From a virus, in the IMG/VR virus record IMGVR_UViG_3300025133_000024: 64,000 nt of DNA. One strand, given 5' to 3'. Every line of letters begins with the position of its first letter. Within the stretch, counting starts at the first letter, position 1. Shown here piece after piece: positions 1 to 7,228 of this stretch. A model generated the notes under the pieces. That model was not told where the DNA came from and did not search any database. It saw only the letters and a program-made list of their open reading frames with translations. A program made the translations under genes and the position numbers.

Positions 1-23
1 ACAGTAGTTTGAAAACCCATATC

Positions 24-278
24 TTAAAACTCCCAATTTTTAAAATGCTCATCAAGTGACTCATGATAAAACTTTGCATAACTTTCCCCTGCTAATACAG
101 GAACATCATCGTCAATTTCTAATGTACAAACAATATCGTTTAAAATTTGTTCCTCTTTTTCGGTTAATGTTGTTTCCTTCCCATCAGTAACATCCGAAAG
201 AAATTCAAACAAAACCATTTTCTCCAAAGATGTCAAATTAAGACTCATCTTCATCACCTTCTTCATAAAAATTATCAA
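24..278 (-). CDS. Hypothetical acidic protein
   Basis: 84-aa ORF co-oriented with the operon; start may be the internal MSLNL; no recognisable motif. Confidence 0.55.
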   Translation of the reverse strand: MIIFMKKVMKMSLNLTSLEKMVLFEFLSDVTDGKETTLTEKEEQILNDIVCTLEIDDDVPVLAGESYAKFYHESLDEHFKNWEF

Positions 279-357
279 CCAAATTAGAAATTGATTCTAC
301 CAATTCTTCAGCTTGTATCTTCTAATTCTTTTTTCATTTCACGATGAGTTGGGAGAG

Positions 358-450
358 TTACATTAAAAACAAACCAAGTGCGATTACTGTTAAAAACCAA
401 ATCCAAAAAACGGTATCAAATGACCAATCAATCTTAGATTTTTCTTTCAT
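358..450 (-). CDS. Small single-pass membrane peptide (30 aa, not in ORF track)
   Basis: Hand translation MKEKSKIDWSFDTVFWIWFLTVIALGLFLM*; AGGAG 7 nt upstream of ATG; basic N-terminus then hydrophobic helix. Confidence 0.55.
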   Translation of the reverse strand: MKEKSKIDWSFDTVFWIWFLTVIALGLFLM

Positions 451-479
451 GTGGGGCTCCTGAGGGGTGATTTTCTTTT

Positions 480-1607
480 TTATGTTTTCAAAACAGTTTC
501 TTCATCTTCATCCAACTTATAGAATCTCTCTACGTCACCTTCTCCTTGGTTGAATTTCTCGATTACTTCTTCGTCCATGATTCTCAAAACAACCTCTTTA
601 AATTCAGGTTCTTCTAAAATCTTTTCTTTAAATCCTGCTGAGCGAAAGGTGTATTCCGTTTCCTTAACCACATCTTGAATCTTCCACCAACCACCTGAAG
701 TTACATGTTCAGACTCTTTTATTGCCTCAAGCCAACTTTGTTCATCCATGATTCCAATGTTGTCATAATCTCCCCAGACAATATTAAACGAGCATACTCT
801 ATTTTGTGTTCCAAAACGACTTTTTTGTAGTTTTGCTTTTACTTCATTTCCAACATCATAACCTTTGTCTCCTTGGATTCTTGCTGCTTTGGACTTTCTC
901 GCTGTTAACCAAATCCTTAGAGAATAAGCGTAAATAAGAGATTTTCCTCCAGGTGTGACCCAAGGTTCCATCATCATTTTGATTCTAGCACCGGGACCAG
1001 TTGCAATATTTGTTTTTAGTTGATTTAGAATCACAAAAGCAGATTGAGATTCAGCAATCGGAAGAAGAAGTTTTGATAGACCCTTTGATAAAATTCTTGG
1101 CTTTAAAGCCATTGAAGAAGTGGGATTAAAATCACTTTCTAAATCAGTTTCACATGGAGTAAAAGCCAATGAATCCCAGATAAAAAGGTTATGGCTGCTG
1201 TTTGCCATGATTGTTTCGATAGTTTCTAAAACATTTTCAACACTTTTTGCAGGAACATAAAGGAAGTTATCTAAGTCACATCCAGCTTTTTCAAGGAAAA
1301 CAGAATCAATTGCCATTTCAGAATCAAAATAAATTACATTATAATCCTTTTTTTGGGCGTTTATAGCAATTTGCATAGCCATGTAAGACTTGCCAACACC
1401 ACTTTCACCAGCAATCTCCGTTATTTTTCCAACAGGAATGCCAGCCAACCTTCCTTTACAAATACTTGCATCTAACCATCTTGAACCTGTTGGAATCCAA
1501 TCTTTGACATCTGTTGGATTGTTTTCATTTAGATTATAACCTTTAAAGCCTTTGTGAGACTTTGATAATAGTGAACTTAAATCTTTAACATTAATTTTTC
1601 CAGACAT
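480..1607 (-). CDS. uvsX: UvsX/RecA-like recombinase
   Basis: Walker A GESGVGKS, YFDSE, Walker B IWDSL, LNQLK and TPGGKSL motifs of the RecA/UvsX family. Confidence 0.95.
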   Translation of the reverse strand: MSGKINVKDLSSLLSKSHKGFKGYNLNENNPTDVKDWIPTGSRWLDASICKGRLAGIPVGKITEIAGESGVGKSYMAMQIAINAQKKDYNVIYFDSEMAIDSVFLEKAGCDLDNFLYVPAKSVENVLETIETIMANSSHNLFIWDSLAFTPCETDLESDFNPTSSMALKPRILSKGLSKLLLPIAESQSAFVILNQLKTNIATGPGARIKMMMEPWVTPGGKSLIYAYSLRIWLTARKSKAARIQGDKGYDVGNEVKAKLQKSRFGTQNRVCSFNIVWGDYDNIGIMDEQSWLEAIKESEHVTSGGWWKIQDVVKETEYTFRSAGFKEKILEEPEFKEVVLRIMDEEVIEKFNQGEGDVERFYKLDEDEETVLKT

Positions 1608-1648
1608 TAAATAAAACCTTTATACAAAAAAATAATACATACAAAAAA

Positions 1649-1719
1649 CGTCGGAACTAGGACTTGAGCCTAGAAAACTTGATTAACAGTCAAACATAAT
1701 ACCATTTCATCATTCCGAC
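1649..1719 (-). tRNA. trnN: tRNA-Asn(GUU), CCA not encoded
   Basis: Cloverleaf: acceptor GUCGGAA/UUCCGAC, discriminator G, anticodon loop CU-GUU-AA, T-stem CUAGG/CCUAG with atypical loop CUCAAGU. Confidence 0.9.
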
Positions 1720-1723
1720 ATAA

Positions 1724-1794
1724 AGCGAAAGAAGGGATTTGAACCCTAATTTTCAGGGTGGAAACCTGATGCTCTACCATTGAACTACTTTCGC
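1724..1794 (-). tRNA. trnG: tRNA-Gly(UCC), CCA not encoded
   Basis: Acceptor GCGAAAG/CUUUCGC, discriminator U, anticodon stem UCAGG/CCUGA with loop UU-UCC-AC, T-loop UUCAAAU. Confidence 0.92.
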
Positions 1795-1797
1795 CAA

Positions 1798-1870
1798 AGC
1801 TGGTAATAGGACTTGAACCTACAACCTTTTCCTTACAAGGGAATTGCTCTTCCAATTGAGCTATACCAGC
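1798..1870 (-). tRNA. trnT: tRNA-Thr(UGU), CCA not encoded
   Basis: Acceptor GCUGGUA/UACCAGC, D-arm GCUC/GAGC, anticodon loop CU-UGU-AA, T-loop UUCAAGU. Confidence 0.92.
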
Positions 1871-1922
1871 AAAAAAAAGCCCACGTTGTTAAAGATCATA
1901 GGAAAAAGTTAACAACGTGGGC
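1871..1922 (-). terminator. Intrinsic terminator-like hairpin after ssb, abutting tRNA-Thr
   Basis: Perfect 14-bp inverted repeat GCCCACGTTGTTAA/TTAACAACGTGGGC (1879-1892, 1909-1922), 16-nt loop, followed on minus strand by U8. Confidence 0.75.
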
Positions 1923-1961
1923 AAATAATAAACAATTTAAGTTTTCATAAATCAACAATGA

Positions 1962-2816
1962 TTAAAAAGGAATATCTTCGTCATCTGGTGCTTTTGCTTT
2001 CGCATCGTCAAACTTTTTTTGAAGCTCTTCTTTTGACCTGGAGCCATATTTTTTACTTTCTTTGTCAGACTTTTCTTCCAAAAGGTGAGAGTATTTTTTA
2101 GCCATAAAGGTTTCCAAAATGCTATTGCATTGAGCAGTAGTTACGCGACGAAAAATATCATCAGGATTGGGGATTGCATCTTGAAGTGCAGCACAATCTT
2201 TTTCTAGTTCTGGAGGGCATAACTTTGTTTTTGTTGGACGACCACCGACATTGGTGATTTTGAAACTTTGTCCTGTATTAGGGTTTCGTTTCATTTCGGC
2301 TGTGACTTTTACATCATGAGCTTTTTCACCAACAAAATCACCCCATTCATCATTTAGAACAAAATCTTGAACAAGTTCACTAAAAGTATCGTTACTAACA
2401 GACCAAAGTTTAGGTCCATCACTTTCACGACCTCTTTCAAGACCAGCAAAAATGAATCTCTGCGTGGGCCAGAGTTTTTTGGCTAGATTTTTATGTTCTT
2501 CAGTTGATTCATCATCATTCCAAAGTTCATTTGCCCATTTATGAATGGGATTGTCTTCGCCAAAATTTCTCCAGGGACATAGAAACGGACTGTCTTTACC
2601 TCTTTCAGAACCATCATCTTCAACATCCAAGCCATAATGAATCGAATATTCCTTAAACAATTCACCGTCTGGGAAGGCTAGTAAACGAAAATACTTGGTT
2701 TCATCTTTTGATGACCAAAACCAATCTTTGTTTCCACCTCCGCCTGTGGCTTTTGTTGTTTTGTTTTGCTTAAAACTGTTAAACTTCTCTTTAAGAGAAT
2801 CTACATTAAAATTCAT
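1962..2816 (-). CDS. Single-stranded DNA-binding protein (T4 gp32-like)
   Basis: Aromatic-rich core (FWS, YFRLL, HYG, LWSVS), acidic C-terminal tip DDEDIPF, adjacent to recombinase. Confidence 0.8.
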   Translation of the reverse strand: MNFNVDSLKEKFNSFKQNKTTKATGGGGNKDWFWSSKDETKYFRLLAFPDGELFKEYSIHYGLDVEDDGSERGKDSPFLCPWRNFGEDNPIHKWANELWNDDESTEEHKNLAKKLWPTQRFIFAGLERGRESDGPKLWSVSNDTFSELVQDFVLNDEWGDFVGEKAHDVKVTAEMKRNPNTGQSFKITNVGGRPTKTKLCPPELEKDCAALQDAIPNPDDIFRRVTTAQCNSILETFMAKKYSHLLEEKSDKESKKYGSRSKEELQKKFDDAKAKAPDDEDIPF

Positions 2817-2868
2817 AACACATTACCTCAATAAAAATCTATACAGAGAAAAAATACACATAAAAGAA

Positions 2869-2924
2869 CAATTCCCTTGCAACATTATAAGGCGAGCGAG
2901 GAGAATAATGTTGCAAGGGAATTG
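2869..2924. repeat. 20-bp perfect inverted repeat in the ssb leader
   Basis: CAATTCCCTTGCAACATTAT (2869-2888) / ATAATGTTGCAAGGGAATTG (2905-2924), 16-nt loop. Confidence 0.95.
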
Positions 2925-2942
2925 AAAATTAAAGTTTAATGA

Positions 2943-3263
2943 TTATCCCATGTAGCGAGTTTTAAACTCATCAACAGGAATGGGGCTTTCTGTGGAAATC
3001 GAACCTTGAAGGGTGCTTCGGTTAAAAATTCGAATCTCTCTGTTCTCAACATCCCACACAAGCTCTTGACCTTCTTTCAGGTTTCGAGAAGATGCGCGGG
3101 GAGACATGATTTGTCGGTTGACCAAAGTGTCAAAAGGAACATAACGCATGGTCCGAAGAGAACCATCTTGCTTGGTAAACGAACCTTTATAGACCGTAAT
3201 ACCGTTGTTGGGGTGAGAGTTAGAAGTTTTTCCAGCACCGAAAATGTTTTTAAATAGACCCAT
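2943..3263 (-). CDS. SH3-fold phage protein (WYL_2/DUF2693-like)
   Basis: Pattern FTKQDGSLRTM...VWDVENREIRIF matches the FxKxDGxxRxM...VWDxExxxWRxF family; GAGG SD upstream. Confidence 0.6.
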   Translation of the reverse strand: MGLFKNIFGAGKTSNSHPNNGITVYKGSFTKQDGSLRTMRYVPFDTLVNRQIMSPRASSRNLKEGQELVWDVENREIRIFNRSTLQGSISTESPIPVDEFKTRYMG

Positions 3264-3451
3264 TTTTTTTACCTCTTACAAATTACAAAGTATAAAGTTA
3301 GACACAAATGAAAATAAATGTTTGTTGTTGAAAGAAATGGCTTTTGCGATTCTCCTCATTCACCTTACTACATCTTTTTCCGTCCTTTGCTTTTTTTGTC
3401 CAAAAAAAAATTTCTTCTCTGTCAGTGGCGGTTGTCGCCTTGATGTATACC

Positions 3452-3480
3452 AATATAACACCACCCACTCTCTTTGTCAA
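3452..3480 (-). promoter_or_regulatory. Sigma70-type promoter
   Basis: TTGACA (3475-3480), 17-nt spacer, TATATT (3452-3457) on minus strand, just after the tubulin-like stop codon. Confidence 0.8.
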
Positions 3481-3489
3481 GCACTTTTT

Positions 3490-4329
3490 TTATTTTTTTT
3501 CATATTCCGGCTCAGAGACCTTGCACAGCGCATAACAGTACCGATTTTCAAAGGATGTAGAGTACACACCATACGACATTTTTTTACCCTTTTTCTTCTT
3601 TTTTACAAAAAACTCCTTCACCTCCTTTATCAAACCAAAATTTTCCTCTATCTCTCTCTCAGGAACAATATAAAAATAATAAACCTCCGACTCTCCATCC
3701 AAATTCCACAAAAAAGCTTCTTCTCCACTCAAAGAATCAACCAAACCTAATGAACAAATTCTAAAGTAATCTGTAAAACGTGGAATGTTTCCCATTAAAG
3801 GCTTTTGATTGGATAAATATACAATCCCATTCAATACATTGTATATCTGCTCATTATATTTATCATACCGATTCAATAATGTCAACCCCGAAATAACACC
3901 CTCCAACTCATCCTCACCAAAAATAATAAAATTCGATAATAACCCACTTCTCACATATTCCTGCAAAACACCAAACACAACCCTGTGCTTTAAAGACTCC
4001 TCCTCAGTTAAAGAGGTTAACGAAGGGACCAAATAGACAACATGAGCGGTTTTTGAATTTAATTGGGATAAAACCTTGAGGGATAGCCCTGATATGTCTC
4101 CTGAGCCTCCTATGATGAAAAAAAAATCTTTTTCCTTTTTGATGTTATCTGGGAGGGTGATGTTTGAGTTTTCATAAGATTCATGAGAAGGTTGCTGAGG
4201 GATGTGGATGTGATTTTTGTGTTGATGTGTGTCAGAATCTAACAAATAAATGTTGTAATTGGGTTCGAATAATTTGGTGACTTGACAGGCTGCATTTCCA
4301 AGACCAATGACCGTGTTAATGTTTTTCAT
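3490..4329 (-). CDS. Tubulin/FtsZ-like (PhuZ/TubZ-type) GTPase-fold protein, divergent
   Basis: N-terminal IGLGNAACQV loop and GGSGDISG at the position of the GGGTG(S/T)G signature; 279 aa. Confidence 0.65.
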   Translation of the reverse strand: MKNINTVIGLGNAACQVTKLFEPNYNIYLLDSDTHQHKNHIHIPQQPSHESYENSNITLPDNIKKEKDFFFIIGGSGDISGLSLKVLSQLNSKTAHVVYLVPSLTSLTEEESLKHRVVFGVLQEYVRSGLLSNFIIFGEDELEGVISGLTLLNRYDKYNEQIYNVLNGIVYLSNQKPLMGNIPRFTDYFRICSLGLVDSLSGEEAFLWNLDGESEVYYFYIVPEREIEENFGLIKEVKEFFVKKKKKGKKMSYGVYSTSFENRYCYALCKVSEPEYEKK

Positions 4330-4565
4330 TCGTTTTCTCCATATTTTAGTACCTCACAATTGTCGTGAAAGATGGCTTTATTTCTATAATTCATTAAAAT
4401 CAAGTTTTCTGAGGGACAAACCATTAAAAACAAATGAACTTCAGGATCAGATAAAAACAAATGAACTTCAGGATCAGAAGATGTTTCAATATTCTGCTTC
4501 TTGCCCAATGACAACCATATATCTGTTATGCCCCGTGACAAAGAAATTGAACCTTTTCGAATCAT
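4326..4565 (-). CDS. KxGD-family microprotein
   Basis: MIRKGSISL...DIWLSLGK...CEVLKYGENE; clear paralog of 5054..5260; contains an in-frame 27-nt duplication. Confidence 0.7.
   Translation of the reverse strand: MIRKGSISLSRGITDIWLSLGKKQNIETSSDPEVHLFLSDPEVHLFLMVCPSENLILMNYRNKAIFHDNCEVLKYGENE
4425..4478. repeat. Perfect 27-nt tandem duplication (SDPEVHLFL x2)
   Basis: TAAAAACAAATGAACTTCAGGATCAGA repeated at 4425-4451 and 4452-4478. Confidence 0.95.
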
Positions 4566-4777
4566 TTTTCATCTCCATATGTTAAGATATTTGCGCTCAA
4601 ATTAAATTCTTCAATATCTGTTTCTAGAACTTGAGCTTTAAGAGAAGAATTGTTTTCTACAGAAAGGATATAAACTCCATTATCAGAATAAGGAGTTGTG
4701 TTTGGTTTTACATCTTCCATTACAAGCCAAACAAGAGGAAAACCTTCATAAAGACTCATATCACCTTTTTTGTACAT
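4562..4777 (-). CDS. KxGD-family microprotein
   Basis: MYKKGDMSLY...ILTYGDEK; ATGA overlap with next gene. Confidence 0.75.
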   Translation of the reverse strand: MYKKGDMSLYEGFPLVWLVMEDVKPNTTPYSDNGVYILSVENNSSLKAQVLETDIEEFNLSANILTYGDEK

Positions 4778-4778
4778 T

Positions 4779-4875
4779 TTACTTCCTATATGTTAATGTG
4801 TGTGTTCCTAATTCGTGAATGTATTCACTATATTCTTCTATTGTAACTACATTCCCTGCTATTTGTAAAATTTCA
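4779..4875 (-). pseudogene. Remnant of a KxGD-family microprotein cassette
   Basis: ATG AAA TTT TAC AAA TAG coupled to the upstream stop; a start-less frame reads ILQIAGNVVTIEEYSEYIHELGTHTLTYRK*, ending in the family TLTY motif right before the next ATG. Confidence 0.45.
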
Positions 4876-5064
4876 TTTTTTTAACTTTCGATAATTTGAA
4901 TTTTGAATTTTTCTATTATATTGAATTGAACATATCTGATAATCAAAATCAAAGAATATTATTTCAGTTTTTGACAACCCTATGATAATAGCATTTATAG
5001 GTTGAGATATTCCAAAATAACCTTTATCTTCGCAAACAAAAACATTGCCCTTTTTATGTTTCAT
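4873..5064 (-). CDS. KxGD-family microprotein (start reassigned to MKHKKG)
   Basis: MKHKKGNVFV...; GGAG SD 6 nt upstream of ATG at 5064, lying inside the previous gene's YGDE codons. Confidence 0.65.
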   Translation of the reverse strand: MKHKKGNVFVCEDKGYFGISQPINAIIIGLSKTEIIFFDFDYQICSIQYNRKIQNSNYRKLKK

Positions 5065-5260
5065 TTTCATCTCCATATTCTAATACGTTACAATCATCAT
5101 AAAAGTCTTCTTTAAAATTATATTCCAACGACAATATCCCTTCACTCATCACTAAAACAAGATATTCTATATATTTTAACTCTTTTTTCATTTTTCCCAT
5201 TGATAGCCAGATGTCCTCCGGCTCTCTTTGATTTAAAGAAATTGAACCTTTTGGAATCAT
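5054..5260 (-). CDS. KxGD-family microprotein
   Basis: MIPKGSISL...DIWLSMGK...CNVLEYGDENET; paralog of 4326..4565. Confidence 0.75.
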   Translation of the reverse strand: MIPKGSISLNQREPEDIWLSMGKMKKELKYIEYLVLVMSEGILSLEYNFKEDFYDDCNVLEYGDENET

Positions 5261-5457
5261 TTTTTATCTCCATATGTTAAGACTTCAGAATTTATTTCAA
5301 ATCCATATTCAGTGGCATATCCAAACGAAACCTCTTTGTTTCTTGGGCAGACCATTATATGATTGTTATATCGATGATTTGCAAAATCTGGACCTAAAGT
5401 AAGAAAAACAACAGTATAACCTTTATACAGAGAAATATCACCTTTCTTATACTTCAT
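5257..5457 (-). CDS. KxGD-family microprotein (start reassigned to MKYKKGD)
   Basis: MKYKKGDISLY...VLTYGDKK; paralog of 4562..4777. Confidence 0.75.
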   Translation of the reverse strand: MKYKKGDISLYKGYTVVFLTLGPDFANHRYNNHIMVCPRNKEVSFGYATEYGFEINSEVLTYGDKK

Positions 5458-5650
5458 TGTCATTCTCATATGTTAGGGTTTTGGTACCTACATTGTAAAA
5501 AGCAGAAGATGAACAATCAATGATAACTTCAATCGGGGAAAGTTCTAAATACTTATATTTTATCTTATTTTCGACTTCTATTATACCCAAAATAAGATAA
5601 ACCCTGTTATCATGGCTATAAACACCAACATCACCTTTTTTGTATATCAT
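5447..5650 (-). CDS. KxGD-family microprotein
   Basis: MIYKKGDVGVY...TLTYENDNEV. Confidence 0.75.
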   Translation of the reverse strand: MIYKKGDVGVYSHDNRVYLILGIIEVENKIKYKYLELSPIEVIIDCSSSAFYNVGTKTLTYENDNEV

Positions 5651-6816
5651 TATAGCTCCAGTTTGTTCATATGACCATAATCAAAGCCAATATTTACGTT
5701 TAAAAGAAAGTTTCCAAATAAAGTCTGGGAGAGTATTTTATACCATTCTTGTATTTTTCCAAAATCACTTTCTGTCATATCGATAACCACAGAATCATGC
5801 ATGCAAAACGAAATAAACGACTCAGAATCAAACAATTTAAGCCACAGTTCATAAAGTTGAGTGAAAAATAAATCACTAGAAGTTGATTGAACCAATAAAC
5901 TCAAAGAATTTGTATCATTACTTTCAATATATCTATCGAAAGGAGTGTGGATGATTTTGTTTCTACAGTATTGTTCTAAAACTCTTTTTTTATCATATTG
6001 TGAATCATAGAATTTGTCTGTTTTGTTGTTGTTATACAACCAAGCAAAAAAATGAGGCTTTATCTTTTCTCTCTCTAGAAATGTGTTTTGTTGTCTATGG
6101 TATTCATGAATATCAATTGTGGGTTGTGACATTCCACTCAAACCCAAAAACGTTCTAACATCAATTGCGTTAAAATCAAATTCTACAAAACAATAATTAT
6201 GAGGTTTGATGATACTTCTATATTCCTTTGGCAAAGTCAATATTGGGAAACCACCAGCTTGACCCATTCTTCCTGTTTTAACTTTCCACATATCATATTG
6301 AACAGTCCTTGGTTGCTTTCTTAATCTTTTTACTTTGTCATGTCTCAACAATAACCAAGGAAGATTAGAAAAGTCCAAATTCAATTCTCTTTGCCTTATA
6401 TCTTCAATGACTTTTGTTATCTTCAACAACAAATCATAATTTTTGGGTTTTTGGATTTTTGCAAGAATGTTTTCACCAACCATTTGCCTCAAGTGATAAT
6501 ACTCAAAAACAAACCTCTCAGGAATAACATCCAAAATAGAAACATTATCCAACACAACACCCGAAAGTTTCCAGGATTTCTTGTACGATTCAATTTTGTT
6601 CATTAAATACAAAAAGTCCTTTTTTATTGATTCTGGGATGTAAGGAAGAATGTCTCGACCTTCTAATAATAAATCAACAATAGAAAGGTTAGAATTGTGT
6701 TTTAAAAAAGGGTGATAAGAAAAAGAACAGCTAAAGTCTGGGGAATTGGTGGAGGTGTGTATTTTGTTTTGGTGAAAATAGATTAAACTCTCTTTGTTTT
6801 CAATTAATTGGAGCAT
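5650..6816 (-). CDS. Short family-A DNA polymerase (polymerase domain only)
   Basis: KTGRM motif, motif A EFDFNAIDVR, motif B REKIKPHFFAWLY, motif C MHDSVVI; only 388 aa. Confidence 0.8.
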   Translation of the reverse strand: MLQLIENKESLIYFHQNKIHTSTNSPDFSCSFSYHPFLKHNSNLSIVDLLLEGRDILPYIPESIKKDFLYLMNKIESYKKSWKLSGVVLDNVSILDVIPERFVFEYYHLRQMVGENILAKIQKPKNYDLLLKITKVIEDIRQRELNLDFSNLPWLLLRHDKVKRLRKQPRTVQYDMWKVKTGRMGQAGGFPILTLPKEYRSIIKPHNYCFVEFDFNAIDVRTFLGLSGMSQPTIDIHEYHRQQNTFLEREKIKPHFFAWLYNNNKTDKFYDSQYDKKRVLEQYCRNKIIHTPFDRYIESNDTNSLSLLVQSTSSDLFFTQLYELWLKLFDSESFISFCMHDSVVIDMTESDFGKIQEWYKILSQTLFGNFLLNVNIGFDYGHMNKLEL

Positions 6817-6967
6817 CTAGTTTTACACAATTTTCAATTATGTATCCAATGTACGAATCAATTCCAATATATTTTCCATTCGTTATCACAATATAAGAAT
6901 CTTTGTCTAAAAGTAGATAAATTATGTTATAAGGACCTTCGTAAAAATACAAATCACCCTTTTTCAT
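6800..6967 (-). CDS. KxGD-family microprotein (start reassigned to MKKGDLYFY)
   Basis: MKKGDLYFYEGPYNIIYLLL...; GGAG SD supplied by the upstream gene's SYGEN codons. Confidence 0.7.
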   Translation of the reverse strand: MKKGDLYFYEGPYNIIYLLLDKDSYIVITNGKYIGIDSYIGYIIENCVKLDAPIN

Positions 6968-7217
6968 TATTTTCTCCGTATGATAGTCTGTTAAAGTTAT
7001 TCCTAATTCCAAAAGATGTATTAGAAATGTACAGTCCTCTTCCATTGAAACATAAATACTTTTCCTCTCCTGTTTTTAAAATCAATGGAATATGGATAAT
7101 GCTTTTACTTAAATAAAGAACACCTTTTTTATCTGAGGAGGGGAGGAGTGGCATTTGAAACCCTAATTTGATTATTTGAAGGAAAGATAGAAAGGGAGGA
7201 AAATCGCGTATGAACAT
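6954..7217 (-). CDS. KxGD-family-like microprotein
   Basis: DKKGVLYLS...RLSYGENNEKG C-terminus; true start may be MPLLP (7154). Confidence 0.55.
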   Translation of the reverse strand: MFIRDFPPFLSFLQIIKLGFQMPLLPSSDKKGVLYLSKSIIHIPLILKTGEEKYLCFNGRGLYISNTSFGIRNNFNRLSYGENNEKG

Positions 7218-7228
7218 ATATGTTTACT

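Noticed and set aside
1670-1855. 61-aa minus-strand ORF
   Set aside because: It lies entirely over three well-formed tRNA genes and is a shadow frame.
3298-3480. 60-aa minus-strand ORF
   Set aside because: Its start codon coincides with the -35 box of the sigma70 promoter, so most of its 5' end would not be transcribed from it.
3490-4329. Claim that this is a nucleus-forming phage
   Set aside because: A tubulin-like gene alone is insufficient; no chimallin-like or multisubunit RNAP gene is recognisable in the window.
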